Source of the DNA: an uncultured Bacilli bacterium
GTDB lineage: Bacteria > Bacillota_I > Bacilli_A > RF39 > UBA660
NCBI GenBank assembly: GCA_947632275.1
Contig: CANROR010000003.1
Location: 1-34,845, forward strand
DNA: 34,845 nucleotides
Direction of reading: 5' to 3'
The position numbers and the translations under genes are program-made. Numbering within the stretch: position 1 is the first letter of the stretch; every line of letters begins with the position of its first letter. Positions 1 to 9,363 of the stretch are shown here, piece after piece. Below the pieces are notes generated by a model that did no database searches, had not been told where the DNA came from, and saw only the letters and a program-made list of their open reading frames with translations.

Positions 1-1
1 T

Positions 2-2110
2 TGTTCGGCTTGTTCAAATGGTTTAGAAAAATACTTAAATAAACAAGAAGGCGTGGAAGCTCAAGTTAATTTAGTTATGGCCACGGCTTCCATTAATTAC
101 GATGCGACTAAAGTTGGCATAAAAGATTTAGAAAGGTTTATCACCGAAGCCGGTTTTGAATCTTTAGGTGAAAATCTTAATTTAAAAACGCACCATAAGA
201 AAATTTATAGTCTTATCTTTTTTGCCCTTTTAGCCATTTTTCTCATGTATTTATCCATGGGCGAAATGGTGGGTTTAAAAGTGCCAACCTTTATATCTTT
301 AAGGCATCATCCTTATTGCTATCTTAGTTTGGTAATTGGTATCTCGCTTTTGGCTATTATTTGGGGCTTTGATATTATCAAAAATGGTTTAAAAAATCTT
401 TTACATTTTATGCCCAACATGGATTCGTTAATTGGCCTTGGGGTAATTGTTAACTTTTTTTATAGTCTTTATAATGCTATCAGTTGTAACTGGGATAAAT
501 TGTATTTTGATTCCGTTTTAATGATTATCTTATTTGTTAAAATTGGGCGGTTTATCGATAGTAAAAATAAGGCAAAAGCGGTCGATGCGATTAAAAATTT
601 AGTAACTTTAACGCCCGAAGAAGCCACCATTTTAAAAGATGGTCACGAATTAAAAGTTAAATTAAATGAGATAAAAAAAGGCGATATTGTTGTTTGTAAA
701 CCGGGGGGAAAAATTGCCGTCGATGGGAAAATAACGAAAGGTCAAACCCATACGGATGAATCTTTTATTACGGGGGAGGCTAAACCGATCAAAAAACAAA
801 AAGGTGATTTAACTTTGGCCGGGTCGCTTAACTATGATGGTTATATCGAATATGAAGCTTTAAATATTGGGAAAGATTCAAGTATTTCGCATATTGTCGA
901 TTTAGTTGTTGAGGCCACCAACACGAAAGCCCCAATTGCTCGAATTGCCGATCGCATCAGTAGTTATTTTGTGCCTTTTATTTTTCTTATTGCCCTTTTT
1001 AGTTTTATTTTAAATTGGAGCTTTTTCCATAATTGGGCCTTAAGTATTGAGGCTTTAGTCACGGTTTTAGTAGTGGCTTGTCCTTGTGCTTTAGGGCTCG
1101 CCACCCCTTTAGCTATGGTGGTGGCAATTGGTAAAGCTAGTAAAATGGGTTTGGTTGTTAAAAGTAGTGAAGTAATTGAAAATTTAAATAAAATAGATAC
1201 AATTATTTTTGATAAAACGGGAACGCTTACGCAAGGCAAACTCACCCTTGTGGAACAAAAAATAATTCCCGAATTAAAACCGGCGGAAGCTTTAAAAATA
1301 TTGCAAGCCTTAGAAGCTAAATCTAATCATCCTTTAGCCCAAAGTATTTGTCGAGGCGTTAAAGACTTTTTCCCAGTTACTAATTTTAAAGAATTAAGTG
1401 GGAAAGGCGTTAAAGCCCAACTAAATAAGCAAACTTATTATGCCGGGAATTATAAGTATTTAACGAGCTTTAAATTAACCAATCCTTTTGCAAAAGAGGA
1501 AAAAGCTTTTTCGTTAAAAGGGGAAAGTATTATTTATCTATGGAATGAGAAACAAGTTTTAGCCATTTTTGGTTTAAGAGATGAAATTAAACCAACGATT
1601 AAGGCAACTTTACGAAATTTAGAGGCTTTAAATAAAAAAATTGTAATGTTAACCGGTGATAATCAAAATACGGCGAAGATTATCGCCGAAGAACTTGGTA
1701 TCCGAGATGTATATAGTGATATTTATCCGGCCATCAAAGCCGAAATTGTTCAAAAATTAAATAAAGAAAATAATGTCATGATGGTGGGCGATGGCTTAAA
1801 TGATTCGCCAGCTTTAAAGACTGCCGCCATTGGCGTAAGTGTTAAAAGTGGGGCCGATATAAGTAATGACGCGGCCGATGTCATCATGATGTCTTCCGAT
1901 ATGAATCGTCTTACCGATTTTTTCCAAATAGGTAAAAAAACCACCAAAATTATTACCGAGAATTTAATTTGGGCTTTATTTTATAATGTCTTAATGGTTC
2001 CTTTAGCTACAGGTTTACTTCCTTTAAAACTTAATCCGATGGTAGCTAGTATGGCTATGGTCTTATCAAGTCTTACGGTCGTATTAAATAGTTTAAGAAT
2101 TAAAAAATAG
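2..2110 (+). CDS. copA: Heavy-metal (Cu+) translocating P1B-type ATPase, 5' truncated by the window
   Basis: Frame is open from nt 2 (CSACSNGLEKYL, the HMA CxxC motif), so the GTG at 53 is not the true start. TGE actuator motif, CPC, DKTGT, GDGLND, and Cu+-type YN and MxxSS transmembrane motifs. Confidence 0.93.
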   Translation, partial: CSACSNGLEKYLNKQEGVEAQVNLVMATASINYDATKVGIKDLERFITEAGFESLGENLNLKTHHKKIYSLIFFALLAIFLMYLSMGEMVGLKVPTFISLRHHPYCYLSLVIGISLLAIIWGFDIIKNGLKNLLHFMPNMDSLIGLGVIVNFFYSLYNAISCNWDKLYFDSVLMIILFVKIGRFIDSKNKAKAVDAIKNLVTLTPEEATILKDGHELKVKLNEIKKGDIVVCKPGGKIAVDGKITKGQTHTDESFITGEAKPIKKQKGDLTLAGSLNYDGYIEYEALNIGKDSSISHIVDLVVEATNTKAPIARIADRISSYFVPFIFLIALFSFILNWSFFHNWALSIEALVTVLVVACPCALGLATPLAMVVAIGKASKMGLVVKSSEVIENLNKIDTIIFDKTGTLTQGKLTLVEQKIIPELKPAEALKILQALEAKSNHPLAQSICRGVKDFFPVTNFKELSGKGVKAQLNKQTYYAGNYKYLTSFKLTNPFAKEEKAFSLKGESIIYLWNEKQVLAIFGLRDEIKPTIKATLRNLEALNKKIVMLTGDNQNTAKIIAEELGIRDVYSDIYPAIKAEIVQKLNKENNVMMVGDGLNDSPALKTAAIGVSVKSGADISNDAADVIMMSSDMNRLTDFFQIGKKTTKIITENLIWALFYNVLMVPLATGLLPLKLNPMVASMAMVLSSLTVVLNSLRIKK

Positions 2111-2176
2111 TAACTCTTGCTTTATGTCCTTTAAAAAGAAAAAAGTTTTTGCCATAATAAAGGCAAAGGAGAGAAT

Positions 2177-2884
2177 ATGAATCAAGAAAAAATTGGCAAA
2201 TTTATTGCCCAAAAACGAAAAGAAAAAAATTTAAAACAAGAGGATTTGGCTAGTCTTTTAGGCGTTAGTGCCAAAACTATTTCCCGATGGGAAACCGGAA
2301 GAAATATGCCCGATTTAGCCTTACTTAAACCTTTAAGCTATGAACTAGGGATAACCATTCATGACCTTTTAAGTGGCGAAGTAGTTGAGCAAAAAGATTA
2401 TCCTCAACGTTATGAAGAAAATATTAATAAAGTGTTAATCAAAGCCGCAAGCGAAAATAAAAGAAAATTAGGTTTTGCTCTTTTAATTATGGCTAGCATT
2501 TTAATTTTTTATCATTTAGTTTTAATGATTATGTCGCTTACTAAAGAAGGAATAAACTATTTTTATTTACTAGATCAAAATCTTGCCATCATTCCTTTCG
2601 TTGGAACTTATTCGGGTTTAAAATATGGCTTTTATCAAGCTTTTTTGCAAAATTGTTTAGTTAATTTTAGTTTTACTTTTCTTACTTTTCTTAGTTTAAG
2701 TTATTTAAAAATAACCCGGAATCAACATTTGATAATCTTTATCGTAGTAACTGTTTTAAAAGAGTTATTAAAATGGCTTTTACTAATTGGCCCTTACGAT
2801 ATTGATGATATTTTAATGCAAATTCTATTTTACTTTATTTTAGAGAAGATTTTAAGAAGCAAAAATATGTTAAAAAAACGTTAA
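2177..2884 (+). CDS. XRE-family HTH regulator with C-terminal multi-TM VanZ-like domain
   Basis: N-term IAQKRKEKNLKQEDLA...SAKTISRWETG..PD is an HTH_3 pattern. C-term is hydrophobic with NLAIIPF...GPYDIDDILMQ, resembling VanZ-like motifs. SD AAGGAG upstream. Confidence 0.75.
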   Translation: MNQEKIGKFIAQKRKEKNLKQEDLASLLGVSAKTISRWETGRNMPDLALLKPLSYELGITIHDLLSGEVVEQKDYPQRYEENINKVLIKAASENKRKLGFALLIMASILIFYHLVLMIMSLTKEGINYFYLLDQNLAIIPFVGTYSGLKYGFYQAFLQNCLVNFSFTFLTFLSLSYLKITRNQHLIIFIVVTVLKELLKWLLLIGPYDIDDILMQILFYFILEKILRSKNMLKKR

Positions 2885-2998
2885 AAATTTAACATATTTT
2901 TTATATATGTTAAAAATAAATGAAAAATTTTATTATAATTAAGCCTTAGAAAAAAGAAAATTAAAGACTTTTTGGCAAAAATAAGATATAATTTAATT

Positions 2999-4015
2999 AT
3001 GGAAAATTTAATGAATTATACACCCAAAATGTTAAAAGATTATTTAGCAAATTTAGGGGAAAAAAGTTTTAAACAAACCCAAATATATGAATGGTTATAT
3101 CAAAAGAAAGTATATGATTTTGATAAATTTTCGAATGTTAGTAAAACTTTACAAGAACATTTAAAACAAGACTTTAATTTAGATTTTATTAAAATCGAAC
3201 AAGTTTTAGAAGGGCCGCTTGTTAAAAAATTTTTGTTTCGGCTTTTAGATGGGGAAAAAATCGAAGCCGTTTTGATGGAACATGATTATGGTTTGTCGGT
3301 TTGTGTATCCAGTCAAGTTGGTTGTAATATGGGTTGTCGTTTTTGTGAAAGTGGGCGGCTTAAAAAGGTAAGAAATTTAGAAACTTATGAAATTGTCGAA
3401 CAAATTATTTTAATTGAAGAATATATCAAGATGCGCATCAGTCATGTCGTGGTGATGGGCATTGGCGAACCTTTTGATAATTACAATAATATTATTAATT
3501 TTGTTACCATTATTAATGATGCGAAGGGTCTGGCGATTGGTTCGCGCCATATTACGATTTCGACCTGCGGATTAGTTCCTAAAATTAAAGAATTCATGAC
3601 TTTAGATTGGCAAGTTAACTTAGCCATTTCTTTGCATGCGCCAACTAATGAAATTCGAAATAAAATTATGCCTGTCAACCAAGTGTATAGTCTTGATATT
3701 TTAATTGACACAATTAAGGAATATATTGCGAAAACTAATAGACGAGTGACTATAGAATATGTTATGCTTAATATGGTAAATGATAAAGAAGAAGATGCGG
3801 AGGCTTTAGCCAAGTTATTAAAAGGAATGAATGTTTATGTTAATTTAATTCCGTATAATGAAACGGCGCACATCGAATTTAAAAGAAGTAGCAAAGAACG
3901 CATTGATAAGTTCTTTAACATTTTGAAAAAGCATAAAATTAATGTTACAATTCGCAAAGAATTCGGGGGAAACATTAAAGCTGCCTGCGGACAGTTAAGA
4001 AGTGAGAGTGATTAA
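2999..4015 (+). CDS. rlmN: 23S rRNA A2503 C2-methyltransferase (radical SAM)
   Basis: CVSSQVGCNMGCRFC, MGIGEP, SLHAP and C-terminal AACGQL motifs. ATG at 2999 preferred over TTG at 2972. Confidence 0.95.
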   Translation: MENLMNYTPKMLKDYLANLGEKSFKQTQIYEWLYQKKVYDFDKFSNVSKTLQEHLKQDFNLDFIKIEQVLEGPLVKKFLFRLLDGEKIEAVLMEHDYGLSVCVSSQVGCNMGCRFCESGRLKKVRNLETYEIVEQIILIEEYIKMRISHVVVMGIGEPFDNYNNIINFVTIINDAKGLAIGSRHITISTCGLVPKIKEFMTLDWQVNLAISLHAPTNEIRNKIMPVNQVYSLDILIDTIKEYIAKTNRRVTIEYVMLNMVNDKEEDAEALAKLLKGMNVYVNLIPYNETAHIEFKRSSKERIDKFFNILKKHKINVTIRKEFGGNIKAACGQLRSESD

Positions 4016-4763
4016 TACGAAAGCTTATTATTTAACCGATACGGGACAAGTTAGAAGTCATAATGAAGATAGTGTTACAATTTTACGGAATAGTAGTGAT
4101 GAAATTTTAATGATAGTCGCGGATGGGATGGGAGGACATCGTAAAGGCGAAGTGGCCAGTTCCTTAACCGTTACCCATTTAGGTAAACGCTTCACCGATT
4201 TATCGAGTGTCGGAACCAAACTTGATGCCATTAATTGGCTTAATGATAATATCAATGAAATAAATCGGGAAATTATTGATTATGGCGAAAAAAATGAAAA
4301 TTCCAAAGGCTTAGGCACCACTTTAGTGGCCGCGATTGTAACCAAAGAATTTATTATTATGTGTAATATTGGGGATTCTTCAGGATATGCCATGAAAAAT
4401 GGTAAACTGCATAAAGTAACGAAACCCCACACTTTAGTTAATTTATTAGTTGATGCCGGCAATCTAACGGAAGAAGAGGCGAAAAATCATCCAAAGAAAA
4501 ATGTTTTAATGCGCGCTTTAGGAGCCGCAGAAAAATGTGAAGTCGATATGTTTGATGTCGATAATGATAGTGAAGTAATTTTACTTTGTAGTGATGGCTT
4601 AACCAATATGTTAACTGATGAACAAATTGAAAAAGTTTTACTAACCGACGAACTCACACCAGAAGAAAAAGTAATTAAATTGATTAAAAAATGCAATGCA
4701 CGAGGGGGAAATGATAATATTTCGGTAGCGTATTTAATCCGAGAAAGTGGTGATATATTATGA
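4002..4763 (+). CDS. prpC: PP2C-family Ser/Thr phosphatase (Stp1/PrpC)
   Basis: RSHNED, VADGMGGH, NIGDS, CSDGL and GGNDN motifs; coupled to the downstream kinase. Confidence 0.93.
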   Translation: MRVINTKAYYLTDTGQVRSHNEDSVTILRNSSDEILMIVADGMGGHRKGEVASSLTVTHLGKRFTDLSSVGTKLDAINWLNDNINEINREIIDYGEKNENSKGLGTTLVAAIVTKEFIIMCNIGDSSGYAMKNGKLHKVTKPHTLVNLLVDAGNLTEEEAKNHPKKNVLMRALGAAEKCEVDMFDVDNDSEVILLCSDGLTNMLTDEQIEKVLLTDELTPEEKVIKLIKKCNARGGNDNISVAYLIRESGDIL

Positions 4764-6520
4764 TAATGAAAGGGCAAAAGATTAGTGATAGATACCAAAT
4801 AATCAAAAGCATTGGCGAAGGTGGGATGGCTAATGTTTATTTGGCTTATGATACGATTTTAGATCGGAATGTCGCAGTCAAAGTTTTAAGGGGGGATTTA
4901 GCCAATGACGAAAAATTTGTGCGCCGTTTTCAAAGAGAAGCCCTATCAGCTTCTAGTTTATCGAATCCGAACATAGTCGAAGTTTACGATGTCGGCGAAG
5001 ATAATGGCGAATATTATATTGTCATGGAATATGTCGAAGGAAAACACTTAAAAAGTTTACTAAAAAAACGAGGAAAATTAACCTTGCCGGAAGTAATTGA
5101 TATTGTTTTACAAATTACGAATGGTTTGTCGGTGGCGCATGATTCCTATATTATCCACCGGGATATTAAACCCCAAAATATATTGATTTTAGAAAATGGT
5201 TTAATCAAAATTACCGATTTTGGAATTGCGATGGCTATAAATTCGACCCAACTTACCCAAACTAATAGTGTCATGGGTTCGGTACATTATTTGCCACCAG
5301 AACAAGCCAGTGGCAAAGGAGCAACCCTCCAAAGTGATATTTATTCCATTGGGATTTTAATGTATGAACTTTTATGTGGTAAGTTACCTTTTAAAGGGGA
5401 TAATGCCGTCGAAATTGCGCTTAAACATTTAAAGGAACCGATGCCAAGCATTCGCGATGAAATTCCCGAGATTCCCCAAAGTGTCGAAAACATTATTTTA
5501 AAGGCCACGGCCAAGAATCCCAAGAATCGTTATGCTGATGCTCGGGAAATGCATGAAGATTTAAAAACTTGCTTAGATGAATCGCGAGCTAATGAACTGA
5601 AAATAACCTTTAAGTATCCCGAAAATGATTATGACGATACAAAGTTATTAAAAACGATTAAAACCCAAGAAAAGGTAAGTAAAAAAGAAGTAGGTGATGA
5701 TGAAATAGCGAAGAAAGTAAATAAAAAAGATTACAATAATAACCAAAACAAATTGCTCATTATCTTAGGAAGCATCTTTGTTGGCTTAGTCGTAATTGTA
5801 ACCACCATTTTTGTTCTTATTCCTTATATGACGAAATCCAAACAAATTGCGATTCCTGATGTCACGGGAAAAGATTTAACCGAAGCCATTCAAGAATTAC
5901 AAAACGCGGGATTTGTTGTTGCCGACGAACAAGTGGAACAACCAAGTGGTGATGTGGAAGCGGGTCAAGTTATTAAAACCAATCCGGCCGCCGGCAGTGT
6001 TCGAAAAGAAGGCTTTGAAATAACTTTATATGTTTCCACGGGCGATAGTCAAATTGAAATCGAAGATTATGTTGGGAAAAATTATAACGAAATAAAAGGA
6101 AAACTTGAAGCTTTAGGATTACAAGTTATTATCGAAAAAGAAGATATTCCTTTAGAAGACACATCTAAATACGAAGAAGGTATTATTTTTAAACAAGATA
6201 TTGAAGTTGGAACTAAACTTTCTAAAGGTGATATGATAACTTTATATATTCCGGCCTTAGATAATAAATATCCAGATTTTGTCGCCGAAGGTTATACCGA
6301 AGAAGCTTTAAATGATTTTGCCAAAGATATGGGGATTACCATCAATCCTACTTATGTGGAAGTAACTGATCCTAATCAAGTTGGCAAAGTAATTTATCAA
6401 GCCCGGGCGGCTGGTAGTAAAATTGTCAGTGGCACGACTTTAAATGTTAAAATAGGGAAAGCAGTGACGGTAGCTCCTGAAGAACCTGAAGAAACGCCGG
6501 AAACCGATTTAAATGGTTAA
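4760..6520 (+). CDS. prkC: PASTA-domain Ser/Thr protein kinase
   Basis: GEGGMA, VAVK, HRDIKPQN and DFG motifs, one TM helix, about 3 PASTA repeats (IPDVTGK, IEDYVGK, YPDFV). Confidence 0.95.
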   Translation: MIMKGQKISDRYQIIKSIGEGGMANVYLAYDTILDRNVAVKVLRGDLANDEKFVRRFQREALSASSLSNPNIVEVYDVGEDNGEYYIVMEYVEGKHLKSLLKKRGKLTLPEVIDIVLQITNGLSVAHDSYIIHRDIKPQNILILENGLIKITDFGIAMAINSTQLTQTNSVMGSVHYLPPEQASGKGATLQSDIYSIGILMYELLCGKLPFKGDNAVEIALKHLKEPMPSIRDEIPEIPQSVENIILKATAKNPKNRYADAREMHEDLKTCLDESRANELKITFKYPENDYDDTKLLKTIKTQEKVSKKEVGDDEIAKKVNKKDYNNNQNKLLIILGSIFVGLVVIVTTIFVLIPYMTKSKQIAIPDVTGKDLTEAIQELQNAGFVVADEQVEQPSGDVEAGQVIKTNPAAGSVRKEGFEITLYVSTGDSQIEIEDYVGKNYNEIKGKLEALGLQVIIEKEDIPLEDTSKYEEGIIFKQDIEVGTKLSKGDMITLYIPALDNKYPDFVAEGYTEEALNDFAKDMGITINPTYVEVTDPNQVGKVIYQARAAGSKIVSGTTLNVKIGKAVTVAPEEPEETPETDLNG

Positions 6521-7382
6521 GATGGAAGGAATAATTACTAAAATTGTTAGCAATCAATATACGGTACAAGTAGGTACGGAAAAATACTTATGTCAAGCGC
6601 GGGGAAAATTTCGCTTTTTGAAAGATTCCCCCGTCGTTGGCGATAAAGTCGTAATTGATGCGGAAAAGAAACTAATAACCGAGATTTTGCCCCGCCTTAA
6701 TAAATTAGATCGGCCGCCGGTAGCTAATATTTACTATGCTGTTGTGGTCGTTAGTTTAAAAAAACCGGATTTAGATCTTTATTTACTTGATAAAATCTTG
6801 GTGGCTATTGCTAAAAAATGTGCTAATGTTATTATTCTATTTACAAAAGTTGATTTATGTAATGCTGAGGAATTAAAAAAAGCTCAAGAATTACAAAAAT
6901 ATTATCACCAATTAAATTATCAAGTATATTTTAATAATGATGAACAAGCCGTTATAAAGATGAAAAAACAATTAAAAGGTCATATTGTGACTTTAACTGG
7001 CCAATCGGGAGCCGGGAAAAGTACTTTTCTAAATAGATTACTACCGAATTTAAATTTAGCCACTTCTCCCATAAGCGAGGCCTTAAATCGGGGTGTGCAT
7101 ACGACTCGACACAGTGAAATTTATGATATTGAAGGAATATTATTTGTCGATACGCCTGGTTTCTCGGCTTTAGACTTAAATATGTCAATCGAAGCTTTAA
7201 AAGAAGCTTTTCCTGAATTTCAAAATATTAAGTGTAAATATCAAGATTGTAATCATGATAAAGAAGATGATTGTGCCATTAAAAAGGCAGTAGAAGTGGG
7301 TAAAATTTTAAAAAGTAGGTATAATAATTATATAATGTTTAAAAAGGAGATTTATGAAAATAGCCGTAAGTTTTATAAATAG
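6513..7382 (+). CDS. rsgA: Ribosome small subunit-dependent GTPase A (CpgA)
   Basis: Permuted G motifs TKVD, GQSGAGKS, HTTR, DTPG; C-terminal CxxxxCxHxxxxxC zinc site. Start may be ATG 6522. Confidence 0.95.
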   Translation: MVKMEGIITKIVSNQYTVQVGTEKYLCQARGKFRFLKDSPVVGDKVVIDAEKKLITEILPRLNKLDRPPVANIYYAVVVVSLKKPDLDLYLLDKILVAIAKKCANVIILFTKVDLCNAEELKKAQELQKYYHQLNYQVYFNNDEQAVIKMKKQLKGHIVTLTGQSGAGKSTFLNRLLPNLNLATSPISEALNRGVHTTRHSEIYDIEGILFVDTPGFSALDLNMSIEALKEAFPEFQNIKCKYQDCNHDKEDDCAIKKAVEVGKILKSRYNNYIMFKKEIYENSRKFYK

Positions 7383-7968
7383 TTACTATGATTTAAATAA
7401 GACCTTGGAATTAATTGATGCTTCCAATGCCGATTATATTCATGTCGATATTATGGATGGTAGATATGTCCAAGACAATAATTTTGATGTTAATTTATTT
7501 CCTATATTAGCCAAATGTCATAAACCATTAGATGTGCATTTGATGGTCAAAGAACCTGAAAAATATTTACCATATTTTCAAGATTTAAACGTTGATTGCA
7601 TAACAGTTCATCCCAGTGAAGTTAAAGACTTTATGAAATTTAAACTTGATTTAGCTCAAGAGGGAATAAAACTAGGAATTGCCATAAATCCTAGTGAAGA
7701 CATTGATTATTTTGAACAATTTTTACCGCATGCTAATAAAGCTTTAATTATGAGTGTTTATCCGGGCAAAGGTGGCCAAATATTCATGGAAAGTGTTTTA
7801 TATAAAATCAAACAATTACAAGGTTATAATTTAGAAATTGGGATTGATGGGGGAATTAATGCCGAAACCATTAAACTAGTCGAAGGCGTTGATTATGTCG
7901 TCAGTGGTTCCTTCGTTTGTTGTAGTGATGATTTTAATCGGCAAATAGCTATTTTAAAAAATAATTAA
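7354..7968 (+). CDS. rpe: Ribulose-phosphate 3-epimerase
   Basis: HVDIMDG, DVHLM, MSVYPGKGGQ and IDGGIN motifs; conserved position after rsgA. Confidence 0.93.
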   Translation: MKIAVSFINSYYDLNKTLELIDASNADYIHVDIMDGRYVQDNNFDVNLFPILAKCHKPLDVHLMVKEPEKYLPYFQDLNVDCITVHPSEVKDFMKFKLDLAQEGIKLGIAINPSEDIDYFEQFLPHANKALIMSVYPGKGGQIFMESVLYKIKQLQGYNLEIGIDGGINAETIKLVEGVDYVVSGSFVCCSDDFNRQIAILKNN

Positions 7969-7995
7969 AAAAGACGAGGCAATTTCGACCTCGTC
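7966..7995 (-). terminator. Intrinsic terminator, probably for rpmB
   Basis: GACGAGG-N9-CCTCGTC stem (7973-7995) preceded by an A-run, which gives a U-tail on the minus strand. Confidence 0.6.
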
Positions 7996-8000
7996 GTTAT

Positions 8001-8037
8001 AATATCAAAGCTAACAATCAGCTTTGATATTTTTATT
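8001..8037 (+). terminator. Intrinsic terminator, probably for the rlmN-rpe operon
   Basis: AATATCAAAGCT-N7-AGCTTTGATATT stem followed by TTTATT. Confidence 0.6.
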
Positions 8038-8075
8038 ATATGTAATTATGAAAAAATTATACATAAAAACTGTCC

Positions 8076-8255
8076 TTAGGCAGCTTTTTTGGTATTTTTA
8101 TTCATTGTTCTAGCTTCTCTAGCACTTAATATTACTTTTTCTCCATTAATAGTTTTCTTTTGTAAATTTGGTTTTTGTTTCATCTTTGTTGCATTTAAAG
8201 CATGGCTTCTTCTATTTCCTGTTAAAGGTTTTTTCGTTGTAATCTTTGTGGCCAT
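8076..8255 (-). CDS. rpmB: 50S ribosomal protein L28 (59 aa, not in ORF track)
   Basis: Manual translation MATKITTKKPLTGNRRSHALNATKMKQKPNLQKKTINGEKVILSAREARTMNKNTKKAA with the GNxxSHA..T....PNLQ signature. SD AAGGAGGA; usual position after rpe. Confidence 0.95.
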   Translation of the reverse strand: MATKITTKKPLTGNRRSHALNATKMKQKPNLQKKTINGEKVILSAREARTMNKNTKKAA

Positions 8256-8284
8256 AATAATTCCTCCTTTTTTCTAACATTAAA

Positions 8285-8313
8285 ACTATAACATTTTATG
8301 CCTGTATTGTCAA
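8285..8313 (-). promoter_or_regulatory. SigA promoter of rpmB
   Basis: TTGACA-17 bp-TATAGT with extended -10 TG. Confidence 0.8.
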
Positions 8314-8337
8314 ATAAATTATGCAAAAATTAAGGAT

Positions 8338-9363
8338 TTAAGATTTATTTTTTCGTTTAATTTTTAGAGATAAGAAAATTAAGATTAAAACTAATAAAAT
8401 AAAAAGAGCATAGATGAAGGTATTATAAATAATCATAATTAAATTAAAGTGATTTTCGACAAATAAGGTGGTAAATAATGCAATAATAATTAGCCAAAGG
8501 GAAGGGTAAAAATTATTGCCTTTACTTAAATTTTTTAAGCGATTCATAACTAAAGACATACTGATAAATAAGTCTCCTAACCAAATAAAGGCTAAAATAT
8601 TTTCCACATTTTCAAAAAAACGAAAGAATTCGATTTTGCGAAGAATGGCATATTCGGGATAACTAAACATGCGAACTAGGGTATCTCCTAAAACGGAAGT
8701 GATATTAACAATCACAAAAATGGTCGTGATAGTGCCAATTAAATAATTGCCGAGAGCTTCTTTAAAAGAAATTTTTTCATCGATAAGTAAAAGAAAAGGG
8801 GTAATTGATAAAGTAGCATAAAATAAAGCTCCTAAGATAATTTTGCCAAACGAAGTCGTATAAATAGGTAAAAAGAAACTTAGTTCCGCGGCATCAGTTA
8901 AAAGCAAAATTTTGATAATAGTTACAATTAAACAAAGGGGAAAAATTATTTGGGCTACGCGGCCCACGCATTTTAACCCTTTACTTGTAATATAGATAAG
9001 TAATAAAACAATCGGTGCACAAATTAAAAAGGATGGAGTATGGGATAAATAATAAGCCGAAACCAGTGTCGATAAAAATAAAATATTAACTAAAAGCATT
9101 AAAGTATAAAGGAAAAAGAAAAGCATTTTTAAGAAAATATTGCTAAAAGTTTTCTGTTGGCAAAAATTATTTAAATTGCTCGGCATTTTATTCGAACAAT
9201 AATTAATAATATAAAGAAATATAATACCTAAAAGAACTCCTAAAAGGGCACTTATCCATGCATCTTTGCCACATAAAGCAAAAATATTAGACATTCCCCC
9301 ACCTAAAAATAAGGCTCTTGTTAAGAAAAAACTGACTGATCGATTTTGATTTTTAGTTAGCAT
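8338..9363 (-). CDS. gerKB: Spore germination receptor B subunit (GerAB/GerKB family)
   Basis: About 10 TM helices, GKDAWIS and FFRFFENVE (FFERIE-like) motifs. ATG 9363 with SD GAGGTGG; third gene of the ger operon. Confidence 0.82.
   Translation of the reverse strand: MLTKNQNRSVSFFLTRALFLGGGMSNIFALCGKDAWISALLGVLLGIIFLYIINYCSNKMPSNLNNFCQQKTFSNIFLKMLFFFLYTLMLLVNILFLSTLVSAYYLSHTPSFLICAPIVLLLIYITSKGLKCVGRVAQIIFPLCLIVTIIKILLLTDAAELSFFLPIYTTSFGKIILGALFYATLSITPFLLLIDEKISFKEALGNYLIGTITTIFVIVNITSVLGDTLVRMFSYPEYAILRKIEFFRFFENVENILAFIWLGDLFISMSLVMNRLKNLSKGNNFYPSLWLIIIALFTTLFVENHFNLIMIIYNTFIYALFILLVLILIFLSLKIKRKNKS

Noticed and set aside
8089-8277. 62-aa plus-strand ORF in the track
   Set aside because: Antisense shadow of rpmB, which has the SD, promoter and family signature.
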